A DNA stretch of 64,000 nt from Savitreella phatthalungensis (taxonomy: Eukaryota). The position numbers were made by a program, and so were the translations under genes. Under the pieces are notes generated by a model. It had not been told where the DNA came from. It saw only the letters and a program-made list of their open reading frames with translations, and ran no database searches. Where the stretch lies: the NCBI GenBank assembly GCA_051599415.1, contig AP039708.1, forward strand, positions 124,001 to 188,000, in the 5' to 3' direction. Positions within the stretch are counted from its first letter, which is position 1; each line of letters starts with the position of its first letter. Shown piece by piece: positions 32,719 through 44,946 of this stretch.

Positions 32719-35700
32719 CTAGCCGAACCACTTGGAGAAGGCTGCTGAGGCTGTGTTGGCAAGGCGATCTAGTTGCTCGCCTGCGACTTGTGCTGACGCT
32801 TGTGCAGCCTGTGCTGCTGCTGCTGACGCCTGTGAGACCGCCTGCTGGGTCTGCGACCTGAGTGGCGGAGCGCCTGCGGTGGAGAAGAAGTTGGTGGTGG
32901 CGTTGGTGGTGAAGGACGAGTTCGAGGTCTTGCGCGGACCTGTGGGACGCTTGGCGAATGGCGAGGGGTCGTAGCCCTCAGCATCCTCGTCCTCGTCGTC
33001 AGAGTTGCGTGCGAGAGCACGTCGGATATCGAACCCGCCAGAGGCGACCGAAGACGTTCCCATCTGCGTGGCAGCCCTCTGCTTCGGCGCAGAGGCGGCA
33101 GCCGGAGCCTGGTGGTAGAGACCACCGTTGGTCGTCGTGTTGCTACGCTGGTGGGAGGGACCGCCGAGGTCAGGGCGTATGCGGATGTCGGTGACGGTGT
33201 CTGCACGACGGAGTGCTGCTGCCGGCTGGTTCTGAGTTTGAGCGATGCGCGGGCTCGCAGGCGCGTTTCTGGTGACTGCACACGCTGCCACCGAGGAGGA
33301 CTGTTGCGGGCGATCGAGATCCGGCGATCTGGCTGTCTGGAGCTGCTCGAGCGACTTGTAGACCTGGGGCTGGACCGGCTGTGGCGGAGTCGGGTCGATG
33401 GTGGTCAGCTGAGGGATCGAGCTCGTGCTCGTGGTCCTGCCTGAGGATCTCCGTTTTTCGGCCTCTTCATACCCAAACAGCGCATCCTCTGCAGCCGCGA
33501 GCGAGGAGATGCGCTGGTGACGTGTCATGCCAGCGCTGGACTGCTGCTGCGCCGCCATCTGCTCGTGCAGCACGATCGATTCCACGGACGCCTGTCTGAC
33601 GGTGGCTGGGCGGGCGAGCGAGGAAGAAGTCTCTGGCACGTACGACTGCGCTCCTGCGAAGGTGGCCCGCACCGGTGACGACTCTCCGCCGTCTGGGGAC
33701 GATGTCCAGGCTGGGGAGTTCGGCACGCGGAAAGGTGCAGGGACGTCGGCCCGGTTGAAGTACGCAGACTGCGGGGTGTTGTTGGGAGCTGCCATGTCTG
33801 GTGACTGCGTCGGGGTAGCGGCGGCAGTGCCTGCCTGCTGAGCAGACGCCTGCACCACTCGCGGGGTTCTCTCGGTGTGTTGGGGGAGCACAGGCGTGGT
33901 CACCGGCACAGGACTCGATGCCGATGGCGTTCGGCTGCCAAGCTGACGGGCGGTCGAGACTCGACGTGCTGCCTGGAATGCGTTCATCTGCTGAGGCTGT
34001 GGGGAGGCGACGCTCGGCGACCGCTGCTGACCGACCTGCAGGTCGCCGAACAGGTTCGGGGAAGCAGAAGCAGCCTGTTGTTGCTGCGGCACCGGAGACG
34101 CGATCTTGAGCTGCTGGGCGTACTTGTTGACGAGGGAGTCGATCGAGCTGCCAGTCTGCACGCTCGAGTTTGAGACGGTACGCGCGTGTGTACGAGTGTT
34201 CGGCGCTGGCGCAAGTGCAAAGCCTGCTGCCGCAGGAACCTGCTGGTGTTGCTGTGTGTCTGAGAGGGCAGAGCGGGTGCTGCTGGCCGCGGACGCCTTG
34301 CGGGCAGAGACGTGCGACGAGGGCGCCTGAAGGGAAGAGAGATGCCTGAATGGGTCTGAGGAGGGTGCGAGGTCGAGCGCGGGGCTCTTGATCGATGTCG
34401 CCGGAGACTTCTGCGGCTGACGGGCTGCAGCGGCGAGGACGCTGTTGCTGACGCTCTTGTTCGACTTGTTGGATATCATCGACGGCCTTCTCGAGAGATT
34501 GCGGAACGGATCGTTCTGCATGACCGGCGACGGCTTCGAGGTCGAGGCGGCGGTGTCTGCAGACGGGTCGTAGTACGAGATGTTGTAGTCGCGGTTGGAC
34601 GAGGTTGCAGAGATCCGCGATTCCCGTGACACTGATCTGATCGAGGCAGTCTCGCGGATCGAGGTCGGTCGAGACGTGCGAGCTGGGTTGCTGAGTGCCA
34701 TGCGGTCGCGCGTCGACTTGCGAGAGCTTACGCCTGGACGAGAGATGGTGAGCGGAGTGGGATTCGGGTTCGACATGGACCAGTCGAGGGACTCCTGACG
34801 GGGACGCTGGATGGGTGCAGGCAATGGTGCCGCCACAGGTGCAGGAACGGGCTCCGGCGCTGGCTGGAATGTGGATTGTTGGGAGGCGCGAGGGGTGTCG
34901 GCCTCAGACTCGCTCGGCACGTCTGGGACCGTGAGTCCGAGGCCGGCGAACTCGCCACTCTTTCTGCTCGACTTGCGCGACGAGGCTGTGGAGGCCGGCC
35001 TGTGAACGTAATCCTCGCTCGGCGCGCTGTCGTGACTCGACTGGGATGGCTGGCTGTTGAGCTTGGACGGCGGCTGAGGCACTCGAGCTTCCGGGCTGTT
35101 CTCGCGCTGGGGCACGCGCGGAGACTGTTCGATCGTCGGCAAATTAGTGCCTGTCGCGACCGAAGCCTGCCTGAACATGTCTCTGTTCTGACGAGACCTC
35201 CTGCGTGCTTCCTTGATGGCCTCTGCGCGTGCCTGCGAGAAGTTCTGGCTTGCGGATCTCGTCTTTGGGGTGTCTGCTGCTGCTGCTGCTGCTGCTACAT
35301 CCTTCTTGAGCTCGAACGACATCTGCGGGATCTCGTCCAGGTCAAGTCGGGCTGCAAGCTCGGCCATCTCCATCTTGAGCTTCGACTCGCGGCTGGACTT
35401 GTCATTCAGATTGCCCGGCAGTGGTCCCTGGGAGTTGTTGCGCTTCATCTGCTGCTGGAGCTGCTGCTGCATCATGCCGTAGGCGCCGCCCATGCCGAGC
35501 AGAGGGTTTGCCGGCGCAGCAGGCTCTGCTGGCGCCTGGGCTGGTACTGGCGTCGGAGCCTCCATGAGCAGCCTCTGTGTGACGGACGTGTCTGGGAAGG
35601 CCTCGCTCGTTGGGGAGACTGCAGAAGGGCCGCGGGGCGGGCCTGCCTCGATCGCTCTGAAATTGGCGCTGGTCGGGGACGAAGTGCTGGGGCTGCGAGG

Positions 35701-38334
35701 ACCATTCAACAGAAGACCCGGGTTGTCCGGGTGGGTGAGTGCCGATGTGGCCCGGAGAGGGAAGCTCGCAGCCGAGGGCGATGGCAGGGACCGGAGACGA
35801 GAATGGTGCTGCTGGCTGGAGGCCGTGCCGACACTTATGACGGACGCCCTGGCCGGCTGCCTTCCGCCGTTCAGATGACCGAGCTCATACGTGTCAAACT
35901 GGAGTGATGGGTCGTCTCCCGCAGAGGTCTCTCCCGTCGTGATTGGGATCTGCAGCGGGAAGGAGATGTTCGTAGGGGAGAGGACGGACTCGAGGTGGAA
36001 GTCTGAGAGCTGTGCATTGTCTGGAGACGATCGTCGAGCAGACGATCCACGCTTGCGGATGGGAGGACGCTCAGCGAGCTTTCGCTGACGCTGGGCAGTC
36101 TTCTTCCGCTTCGCCTCGAGCTTGACTGCGAAGTTGGCTGCGTTGCTCGTGAGACCGAGGAGCTTCTGAGCCTTTGAGGCCATGGATTTCTCTGGCACCA
36201 TGGACTTCTGAAGGGCTCCGTACAGATCAGTCGCCTCATCCGAGTCGTCGCTGTCGACATCGGAGTAGTCGCTGTCTCCCTGACGGAGACCGAGCGTCGA
36301 CAATGCCTTTGCCTCCTTTCGGTTGTCCTGGCGGTCCTGGTGGGCGGCGTAAATGTCGTTCGGCATGTCGAACTCGTCCAGGTTGTACATGGACACGCGA
36401 GGCTGCCTGCGGGCGACGGTTGTCGGCGCGGCAATCTGGCGGATCGGGACGGGTGCCTGGAGTTGCGTCGATGTCGGCACCACGGCCTTTGAGAGCGGCG
36501 GTGCGAGGACTGCGCTTTGCTCGGGCTGAGGCGAGTTAGCCGACTTGACCGATGGGCTCGAGGTCTGTGACTTTGCGCCGGAGAATGGGTCGAAGAAGGC
36601 GACAGAATTGGCCACGAGCTTTGTGCGGTCCTCGGAACGAGCTGGCGAGGCTGCGCGAGCTGGTACGATGATCGGCGCTGGCTTGACAATTGGGGTGGCT
36701 CGGGGTGCAGGCTCCTGCTTTGTCGGGCGATCCTGTGGCCAGGAGAAGTCCTTGAAGGGCTGATCTGGCGCGGGACTCCTGGGCGCGCCGAAGACGAGCT
36801 TTGGGGAGCGTGAAGGTGCCCGTACAGCAGGTGCTGCAACTGGTGCCGGTGCGGGCACAGCTGGCGGAGGACTCGGTGTCAGGACCATCGGTCGCAGACC
36901 CTGGGAGTCGATGGTCGGGGAGGGCGGCTTGGGATCAGGCTTGACAATCTCCTTTGCCTTGAGCTCCTCGTCCAGCTTGTGCTGCATGTACGCGTTGTAC
37001 GACTCGAGTAGCCACTTGACGTCGACGCCTCGGAATTGCTCGGCTGCTGCTCCACCCTGTGCCATCGCTGCCATCGCAGCCATCGGGTCTATTGCTGATG
37101 GCGCAGGTGTCGGTGCTGGTGCTGGTGCTGGTGCCGATGCTGATGCCGGTGCTGCAGGAGTAGTTGCTGCGGGCGACTGTGCGGGCGCCGGTGCTGCTGC
37201 TGCTGCTGCTGCTGCCGCCGGTATTTCCCGTTTCTGTGAGACCTCCTTGTTCATGTCGTCCGATGTAGCAGAGGGCCGCTTGACGATAGAGGATGGCCGC
37301 CTGGAGCCGTTGCTGATCTGGGAGGAGGTCTTGCGTAGTCCTGCACTTGAGGGTGAACGCACGGAGCCCGATCTGAGAGACGCACGGATCGCTGCCGGTG
37401 AGAATGTGCCTGATGTGGGTGACGCGACAGGGTACTTGGGCGAGCCACTTGCGTAAGGGTTTGCCACTTTTGCACCTGGACTCGGCGTCGCTGGCGGATC
37501 GATCTTGCGGGTGGGTGTGAGGTTGAGCGGTGCAGGTCGGTGCTGCTCCGGACGGTTTGCGAAGGGGTCCTTGAAACCTGTTTCTGCCAGACCGTCGGAA
37601 GGAGGCTTGACCGTCTTGTCTAGCGATGCGAGGAATTTGTCGACGTTGTTGGTCTGGGTTGAGGCGACACGAGCGGACGACGGCGATGGTGATCCCGCTT
37701 GTGCCCGTGTCGTTGCTGGTGGTGATGTGAGCCTCTGCGGTACGGCTTTGGGGGTGCTGGCAGTGGGTTTCCCAACTTTGACTGGCAGTGGCTCAAGAAC
37801 CTCGACCTGCTGCTTGATGATGTTGTCGTCGCTCTTGAAGGTCCCACCGCCGAGTTTGGGGGAGACTGCTATACTCTTTGGCCTGGCGCTGCCGATTGAG
37901 ACACTCTTGCGACTTGCTCCGGAGATGCTCTTTCGGGGGGATGCGCTAGAGATGCTCTTTCGGGGTGATGCGCTAGAGATGCTCTTTCGGAGGGACGCGC
38001 CGGAGATGCTCTTTCTCGGGTTGACCTGGGGCAGACGAACGTTGGCCTTGCTGACCCTGCGCACATGTCTGACCTCGCCTGTGACTGCGTCCTTTCCTGT
38101 GAGGACAGTGACGGACTTTCCCTTCTGCCAGGGGACGAGGTCCTTGAACGGGTTATTGTCGTCGACGCTGTTTCCATCGTCGCCGTTCGAGAGACCTGAT
38201 TGCTGAGATGTCCTGCGCAGCTTTTTGACGCCGATGATGCCGCTCGACAACCTGCGCTCGTATGAAGGGTCGCGAACAGGCGCCTTTGGCAACTTGCGAT
38301 CCTCCTTCTTCAACCGACGGATCCTATCCGCCAT
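32719..38334 (-). CDS. Large intrinsically disordered S/P/A-rich hypothetical protein (1871 aa)
   Basis: 5.6-kb stop-free frame, low complexity, several DPF-type motifs, no recognised fold. Confidence 0.75.
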   Translation of the reverse strand: MADRIRRLKKEDRKLPKAPVRDPSYERRLSSGIIGVKKLRRTSQQSGLSNGDDGNSVDDNNPFKDLVPWQKGKSVTVLTGKDAVTGEVRHVRRVSKANVRLPQVNPRKSISGASLRKSISSASPRKSISSASPRKSISGASRKSVSIGSARPKSIAVSPKLGGGTFKSDDNIIKQQVEVLEPLPVKVGKPTASTPKAVPQRLTSPPATTRAQAGSPSPSSARVASTQTNNVDKFLASLDKTVKPPSDGLAETGFKDPFANRPEQHRPAPLNLTPTRKIDPPATPSPGAKVANPYASGSPKYPVASPTSGTFSPAAIRASLRSGSVRSPSSAGLRKTSSQISNGSRRPSSIVKRPSATSDDMNKEVSQKREIPAAAAAAAAAPAPAQSPAATTPAAPASASAPAPAPAPTPAPSAIDPMAAMAAMAQGGAAAEQFRGVDVKWLLESYNAYMQHKLDEELKAKEIVKPDPKPPSPTIDSQGLRPMVLTPSPPPAVPAPAPVAAPAVRAPSRSPKLVFGAPRSPAPDQPFKDFSWPQDRPTKQEPAPRATPIVKPAPIIVPARAASPARSEDRTKLVANSVAFFDPFSGAKSQTSSPSVKSANSPQPEQSAVLAPPLSKAVVPTSTQLQAPVPIRQIAAPTTVARRQPRVSMYNLDEFDMPNDIYAAHQDRQDNRKEAKALSTLGLRQGDSDYSDVDSDDSDEATDLYGALQKSMVPEKSMASKAQKLLGLTSNAANFAVKLEAKRKKTAQRQRKLAERPPIRKRGSSARRSSPDNAQLSDFHLESVLSPTNISFPLQIPITTGETSAGDDPSLQFDTYELGHLNGGRQPARASVISVGTASSQQHHSRLRSLPSPSAASFPLRATSALTHPDNPGLLLNGPRSPSTSSPTSANFRAIEAGPPRGPSAVSPTSEAFPDTSVTQRLLMEAPTPVPAQAPAEPAAPANPLLGMGGAYGMMQQQLQQQMKRNNSQGPLPGNLNDKSSRESKLKMEMAELAARLDLDEIPQMSFELKKDVAAAAAAADTPKTRSASQNFSQARAEAIKEARRRSRQNRDMFRQASVATGTNLPTIEQSPRVPQRENSPEARVPQPPSKLNSQPSQSSHDSAPSEDYVHRPASTASSRKSSRKSGEFAGLGLTVPDVPSESEADTPRASQQSTFQPAPEPVPAPVAAPLPAPIQRPRQESLDWSMSNPNPTPLTISRPGVSSRKSTRDRMALSNPARTSRPTSIRETASIRSVSRESRISATSSNRDYNISYYDPSADTAASTSKPSPVMQNDPFRNLSRRPSMISNKSNKSVSNSVLAAAARQPQKSPATSIKSPALDLAPSSDPFRHLSSLQAPSSHVSARKASAASSTRSALSDTQQHQQVPAAAGFALAPAPNTRTHARTVSNSSVQTGSSIDSLVNKYAQQLKIASPVPQQQQAASASPNLFGDLQVGQQRSPSVASPQPQQMNAFQAARRVSTARQLGSRTPSASSPVPVTTPVLPQHTERTPRVVQASAQQAGTAAATPTQSPDMAAPNNTPQSAYFNRADVPAPFRVPNSPAWTSSPDGGESSPVRATFAGAQSYVPETSSSLARPATVRQASVESIVLHEQMAAQQQSSAGMTRHQRISSLAAAEDALFGYEEAEKRRSSGRTTSTSSIPQLTTIDPTPPQPVQPQVYKSLEQLQTARSPDLDRPQQSSSVAACAVTRNAPASPRIAQTQNQPAAALRRADTVTDIRIRPDLGGPSHQRSNTTTNGGLYHQAPAAASAPKQRAATQMGTSSVASGGFDIRRALARNSDDEDEDAEGYDPSPFAKRPTGPRKTSNSSFTTNATTNFFSTAGAPPLRSQTQQAVSQASAAAAQAAQASAQVAGEQLDRLANTASAAFSKWFG
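37905..38020 (-). repeat. 27-nt coding tandem repeat (PRKSISxAS x4)
   Basis: GAGATGCTCTTTC recurs every 27 nt; the protein reads PRKSISGASLRKSISSASPRKSISSASPRKSISGAS. Confidence 0.85.
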
Positions 38335-39234
38335 GATGAGAGAACGGAAGAGAAGTCGAGAAGGAAAGTTTTTGTGTGGTGCGTCAAGGTTAGAAGAGGT
38401 CCATCGATGTTTTCGTGTCGCCTTGGGAGAGAGAAGGTCGAAGGGAGACCGAGGTCGACCGATAGAACGGTTCGTTGAATGGAGGTAGGTGTTTGTAGCC
38501 GAGAACCCAAGCTTGTATGAAGATGAGGGTGCGTGTATACGTGCGCGCGCGCGCGATGATCGTCTTTGCCAAAGAGAGACAGGGTCTTCTTCTAGAAGCG
38601 AGGACTAGATCTCTTTCTGTGCAGGCGTGGCGGGGGGAAGGGATGAAAGTAGTGAAGGGAAAGATAGACTCAGAAACCGTTACATGCAGGAAGGTAACCA
38701 GACTGGACTATACCCTACTGTACTAGAGAGTCTGGTCAACTGTACTCTTTTCTGATCGAGTGAGCTGTATGTACTGTATATGGTCATTTTGAGGACGGAA
38801 ATGAAAGCCCAGCTCGGCTTGCATTGTCTATCTCCTCTCTCTGCCGTTCTATTCTACCTGACCCTGTTACCTGACCCTGTTACCTGACCCTTTTATCTGT
38901 GCTGCTGTACGTACTCTTTTAGGCGGAAGGTGATGGGAAAGTCAATGTCTGTAGAGACTAATTAGGTCAGAGGAGATCTATATTCTGTCATGATCTAATC
39001 AACCACTTCTAGCAGAAATAGAATTCGATAGGTGGTTGTGCGAGGGTATTTGAAATCTGGGGTAAGTCAAAACTGATTAATGTTACAGATTGATAAAATT
39101 GATTTTCGTTTTTGGAATTTAACAATCAATCCCATACAGAATCTAATGTCAGAAAATAGATTAAAAATTACTAATTCGGGAATTCTCTTTCACCTAAAAC
39201 GGAAAAACGTCATCCAAGACCGGCCATTTCCCTC

Positions 39235-39315
39235 ACCCACTCACACACCCACTCACACACCCACTCACACACCCACTCACACACCCACTCACACACCCAC
39301 TCAAACACCCACTCA
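39235..39315. repeat. 12-nt minisatellite (ACCCACTCACAC)n, ~6.5 copies
   Basis: Direct tandem repeat read in intergenic DNA. Confidence 0.9.
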
Positions 39316-39833
39316 GACTTAGACGACCTCGGACAAGAATACCATCCATGGATGCATCAATCACTCAATTACTCGTACAGACTTGCTATAGCATATTAGT
39401 ATAGTATAGTCTATATCACATTTATATTCTCCGACTCGTATGATACGTGAATCGTATGCAGCATTGTAATGTATCATGAGCAGCCTTGTGCGACCACTGA
39501 GGATACGCTCGACACACGTGCATTTCAGGGAGAGGGGAGTATAGTTAGCAGGGACACTCTAAGAGTATAGGAGAGTTAGGCTCAGACCTTAGAATCTTCA
39601 GATCAGATCACTCATCTGTCGCTGTCTGACACACTCACTCACTCGCTCACTAGATTCTCTGTTCGAGTGACGGAATGACCACCAGAATTCCGTTCCATTC
39701 CATTCCATTCCATTGCATTAAAACTCTCGACCTCTAAAGACTTGGTTTTTCATCTCGTCTTGAACCCGTCTCGTCTCGTCTCGTCTCTTCTCGTCTTCCT
39801 TTCATTTACCTGTCCCACACGACTTCCCCCCTG

Positions 39834-41411
39834 TCACCCTAGCAATGGAAACCACCTACGTTCGTACATGCCGTCCATCCATGCGCTTGAAGGTTGACCA
39901 TGGTTGTCTTGGAGGTGCCAGACGTTTTCGATGTACCTTGTGACGTCTGCGATTCCCTCGATTCCTACTTTTTCGAGTAGGAGGTTCATTCTGCTTGTGA
40001 TGAATAGCCTCTCTGGGTGTGAGACGACGTCTGGTGCGACGACGAACAGGATCCACTGGTGTGTGCAGGTGGTCGGGGATGTGCCGTCGATGGAGCGGAG
40101 GAGGTTGATGACGCGTGAGGCGACGCTCTGAAGCATGTGCTGCCGGGATACTCCCTCAAAGTCTTCTTCTTCGCCAGCTTGGAGCGCGTGCGGGAACGTT
40201 CGGTAGAGCAGGAGGAGTGAGCACTGACGGTAGGCCTCCGAGGTGAAGATCAGGTCCTCCAGCCGGCACGTCTTGAACACGTCCAGGCACCCCTGCAGCC
40301 GGTCAGGGTCCAGCTCGGGCTTCCACGACTGTAGTCGCAGTTCGAGTTCGAGTGCATGCTGCTCGTCCAGGTCTGTTGGGTGGACTCGAACCCCCCGCAG
40401 AAAGTTCTCGACCTCGATGATGATCGGGAAAAGGTCTCTGCCGATGCCGAGGGTCGGGTCGATAAAGTCGATCGGGTGCTCGTCCGAGCATCTGCCCTGA
40501 AGCATCTCTGGAGAGAAGCCGTCGACGGTCGTGTCGGAGTGCAGGCTCACGAGCATATCCCAGTAGACGACCAGGTTGACGAGGAACCTGGGTGGGAGTA
40601 GCATGTGTGCGCGCGCACGCTCGACAATCAGCATCTTGCTCGCCTGCAGGTGCATCGCCCCGCTCTCGTTCGCCCTGATTGGGTGCCACGGTTCTGTCAT
40701 GCCGATGTGAACGATCGCCGCAAATAGCGCGTCCGTACGCCGGGCCTCCTCGTCCTGCATCGCCGCCTGGATCTCCTGGTAGGCAGCGTGCTGGAGCTCG
40801 AGACCCCGGTTCATGCAGTCTATCCGGTCGTCCACCTGGTACCCTGAAGCGATGAAGCTCGCCATCGCCTGGAGTGCCAGACTTGCAGCCCGACTTTGGA
40901 GCACGTACTTTCGCAGACGCATGAACGGGTTGCAGTCGCCCGTGTACACGCTCAGCAGGTGGGTTGCCGTTGCGAAGAACGTGTTGAGCAAGAGTACCTC
41001 GTCGTCGAATGAGCTGCTAGGGGAAGGCTCGCTCGTCGTCCGAGGGCTTCCACCAATCAAAAGCTGATCTATTGGCAGGGGTGTGCCATGGACTCCGTGT
41101 CGCTTCGGACTCTTTTTGTTGGGAAGACTTAGGGCTGCCGAGTGGGAGGAGGGGGAGGAGACTGAGGGTGGTCCGCCTGAGCCTGAACTGTAGGTTTTTG
41201 GGGTGTTGCTGTTGTTGTTGTTGTTGTTGTGACTCGCGTACGCGCATGTCAGTCCCTTTCGCCGACACTGGACGCACTCGGGCTTTGTCTCGTCACACTT
41301 GATCCGTCGACTCTTGCACGACAGACAACCGGTCTTGCTCTTTGGCCCACGATGACCCTTGAGCTTGTGTTCAGGTCGCCTGCCCAGTGACGCGATCGGC
41401 AGTCTATCCAT
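39834..41411 (-). CDS. Zn(II)2Cys6 transcription factor with fungal-specific C-terminal domain (Fungal_trans_2/DUF3468-like)
   Basis: SKTGCLSCKSRRIKCDETKPECVQCRRKGLTCAY; C-terminal HLQAS, YWDML, SEAYR and WILFV motifs. Confidence 0.9.
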   Translation of the reverse strand: MDRLPIASLGRRPEHKLKGHRGPKSKTGCLSCKSRRIKCDETKPECVQCRRKGLTCAYASHNNNNNNSNTPKTYSSGSGGPPSVSSPSSHSAALSLPNKKSPKRHGVHGTPLPIDQLLIGGSPRTTSEPSPSSSFDDEVLLLNTFFATATHLLSVYTGDCNPFMRLRKYVLQSRAASLALQAMASFIASGYQVDDRIDCMNRGLELQHAAYQEIQAAMQDEEARRTDALFAAIVHIGMTEPWHPIRANESGAMHLQASKMLIVERARAHMLLPPRFLVNLVVYWDMLVSLHSDTTVDGFSPEMLQGRCSDEHPIDFIDPTLGIGRDLFPIIIEVENFLRGVRVHPTDLDEQHALELELRLQSWKPELDPDRLQGCLDVFKTCRLEDLIFTSEAYRQCSLLLLYRTFPHALQAGEEEDFEGVSRQHMLQSVASRVINLLRSIDGTSPTTCTHQWILFVVAPDVVSHPERLFITSRMNLLLEKVGIEGIADVTRYIENVWHLQDNHGQPSSAWMDGMYERRWFPLLG

Positions 41412-44400
41412 CGCGACCGGCCCAATCGATGTCGACCCTTCCTATGTGTGAAGAATTTCGAAGGTCTAAACGTCCGACATGATCTGCTATATCTGCTGCT
41501 GCGCGCTTCCCCCAAGATTGTTTCGTCTTTCTTGCCTTGTCTCTGCCTTTTGGGGAGTTTGTCCTCAAACGTAGAGGTGAAACGGCTGCGGCAGAGATCG
41601 AAGCGAGGTAAAGGGGAGTAAAGTGAAGGCTGCGGTGCGATCTGTCGTTGTTACTGTCAGTTTCCTGCTTCTGTCTGTCTGTCTGCTTGTCTGTCTATCC
41701 TTTTCTCTGCCTCTCTGTCCGTCTTTCCTCTTCCCTCTGACGCTCTTCTCTTTGACTCTTGTCTCTTGACTCCAGGTCTTTTTCTTCCCCCCGTCTGTCG
41801 CTGTAACGCTGACTGTATCTCTCTTCCTCCAGTATATGAATTCCTGTACCTAGGGCGTTTCGGGTGATTGGACGCTGGGCGGATGCCGGGGATTCGGCTT
41901 CCTCCGTCTGCTATACTAGCAAGTTGGAGTTCTTCTTTTTTGACTCGAGCTCAGCTCAATTTGCGCTGGAGATGGGAGTTAGGATTTTGGGTGCATCTAG
42001 TACAGATGAGTCAAGTCAACGGTCTTGGAAAACAGGCGCAGGAGATGACAATGGGCTTTGCGCAATCGATCGTCGGAGGGCTAAAGCAAGTTAGAATCTG
42101 GGGAGGTTGCAAGAGACGGGGTCTGTACAGATTAGAGCTCCCAGCTAAATTCTTCCCTGTGGTAAGACATTCGGATTTTCACGGGGGGTGGATGAAGCGG
42201 GTTGATGGATGAAGTCGAGTGAGATTCTCTTCCGTTGGTAAATTGGCCCGCTCACTCTGGAGGTTTGGTAGTAGGGAGCGCTGTCTTCTTTTCTTGGGTC
42301 TGTGACCTGTAGCCTGTACTGCAATTCTTATGTGATGTGTGCCCGGTGATGAGAGACAGGTCTGTGGTGTTGTTGTAGTCTGAGGACTGTGAGATATGTA
42401 GGAAGGAGGATCCGGAGATCTGTGACAGGTCGCACATTGATTATAGATTTCAGACAAATTTATTCAGTTGTTGAATTTTGAACCGAATGGCAAGCTTGTT
42501 CAATTTGAAGTTCATTGTAAATTGCTCATGAATCGATTTTAATGAATAGAATAGAATTGAGGTGACGTGAGTCAGACTCATACTCAATCAATCTAAGTCA
42601 TTAATATTCGGATATTGAATTTTAGAGTGCTGATCTTCCGATGTGCGACACTTTAAATTCTGAGACTCAATTGAGCCAGAGGGTTAGTCCCGATGCATGG
42701 ATCGAATGTTGATTCGATCATGTGTCGGAGCTAGAACAAGGAGCAAGGGATTTCACGTGCATGGGAAACCCAATCCCAAGCACGTGCAGCGTAAGAGCGC
42801 AGACCCTTATGTCTTCACTCCTTCCTGATACCAACCACATCTTCCAAGAGACGCTCATTTGTGCATTGAAATTTCATCTCTTGCCGACGCTCTCCTATAG
42901 CGACGCATTTCTCGCAAGTAGGCATGCGCCTCAGACCGGATGACGCCGATCGAGCGCTTCAGATGTGACGTGTCTCTTTCACAACCTCATAATTGATGGG
43001 ATCGAGTAGATCCATGTTTATTTGTGTAGCGAGGTATGCAGCAACGCGGCTCCGGTACGATGCTCACCAGCAGGCGCTTCAGGAGTCAAAGCCGACAGAC
43101 TGGGCAGAACGCATTATTGACGAACTCAAAGAGAATCTTGCCACTGTACAGGCAATCCTAGCATCCACTGCACCGCACGCCTATGCTCAAGCAGGCGGAA
43201 GAGCAAGATCGCCCGTGCAGGGACGCCGGAAATGCACAGAGGCTGCGCCTTTTTCGGTTGTTTCCAGGCTATGACTCGAGATGGTACGCTCAGCGGTCGC
43301 TGTCCTGGAGAGTGGCATTCGGCTCCGTTTTTTGGGGATGCGCCGCCCTAGTGGTCATTCCTGTTTTGCTTAGAGGTCACGTAGACGTCACTGTCGCTTT
43401 CAAACTCGTGCATTGGGGTATGGAGGTGAGATGTTGGTGATTCATGGTCGGCGACCACACGCTCTTCTGCGTGGACTAAGGGACATGACACATGTCATTG
43501 GTCACACGACGCATGCAGCGAGCAGACAAATATCTTAGACGCCCACAGCCCCTACATCAATTTTCAATGGGAATGCGGGTGATGCATCTTCTCGCGAGTA
43601 TGAACTCTATATCCATCATGCACAGCATTGGAAGCTCTACAGATGTTCCTGCATCTCTTCTATGCGTCTGGGCAACATCGTCTGCGTCAGATCATGGAGG
43701 AGGAGGAAGAGCGAATCTATATTTGTGATAGGTGCATACGTCTTTGTGACCCTGGATATGTGACAGCTGGGTGAATTAATTTGCCATCCGCAAAGGATGC
43801 ACGGGATTTTTAGGCTGAATAGGGGGGTATGGGGAGCACCAATCACAAAACATCACCTCCATCTCTCGTCCACAGAGTCCATACTCGCACAGGGGGCAAA
43901 TGCAAGTGCAAAGGCGGGCGCGGGTCGCGGGAAGAGGTGCAAATGGATGCGGATGCAGGAAAAAAGGTCATGGTGCGGAGGTGAAGATGCTTGTTGGTGT
44001 TTTAGTTTTTCTATTGGTGAAAGCAATTGCTTTGTTTCCAGTTACAGCACAAGCATCTGCCTCTACGTTTAAAGCCCACTTCCCAGGGGACAGAGACGCT
44101 ACCGGGGATATCTCGCTCGGATAAGTCGCATCGGCAAGATCGATTTTGACAGGGACAGGCACCGACCCTGGAAGAAACCCCCGAAGGTATGAATGCCGCG
44201 CGTCCCTAGAAGTCTTTGGGGGCTAAGGCAACAGGCAGCCTCGAAGACTTTTGCAGCGCAGATGGCTTGTGCCTTTCGTTAGCTGCAAGCCGAAACGGAG
44301 GAAAATGTCATGCGGGAGGCTTCTATCGGGGAAACAAATGGCGACTGGAGAAACATTCATGCGCCGCGGATGCAAGATCGGGATCCGTTCGTCCGTCCGT

Positions 44401-44936
44401 CCATCCGTCTGTGCCTCAACCATTCAAAGAGTGGGGGGAAAGCTTTGCACAGGAACACAAATCCAAGGAAAAGGACAAAATCCGCAAAAAGAGCAGCGCG
44501 CGGACCTCTAGAAGGGAAGAACCCAAATTTAGCAGACGCCATGGCGGCGGTCAGACGGGGTGCCAGTAGGTTCCCGTAGAGGAAGAAGCAGAAATGGGCG
44601 GAAGAATCCCGTGGGGGGCGGCAATACTACGATCGATCGGATGAGCTGCCCTGAATGGTCGCGTCATTATCCCTTAAACGCCCCTATCCGTCCATTGTGA
44701 CTTGTACTACTTCTAGAAATCGATCCCCAGAAGGGCGTCAGCTTCCCTGTGCGGGAGATATCGATAGAATCTGTGCAGGGAAAGGAATGAGTTGGACGCC
44801 GGTCTGATTGGTGCCTGTCACTGTCATAATTATCTGTACTGGAAGGGGGGTCACTGCCTGACAGAATTCAGATTGGGTCGCGATGAATTTCCCCGGGTAA
44901 ATTGTTGAATCTTTAAAACACCCACGAGTCAATCTG

Positions 44937-44946
44937 AAATCTGGGG
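44937..44946 (+). promoter_or_regulatory. Putative Mig1/CreA carbon-catabolite repression site
   Basis: AAATCTGGGG (AT-rich flank plus SYGGRG) lies ~375 nt upstream of the sugar transporter. Further GTGGGG sites occur near 44431 and 44612. Confidence 0.35.

Noticed and set aside
39235..39315. Telomere or CRISPR-like array
   Set aside because: A short internal 12-nt tandem repeat without spacers, flanked by ordinary genes.
42993..43440. Two overlapping short ORFs in the TF-transporter spacer
   Set aside because: No recognisable homology or convincing start; cannot be supported as a gene.
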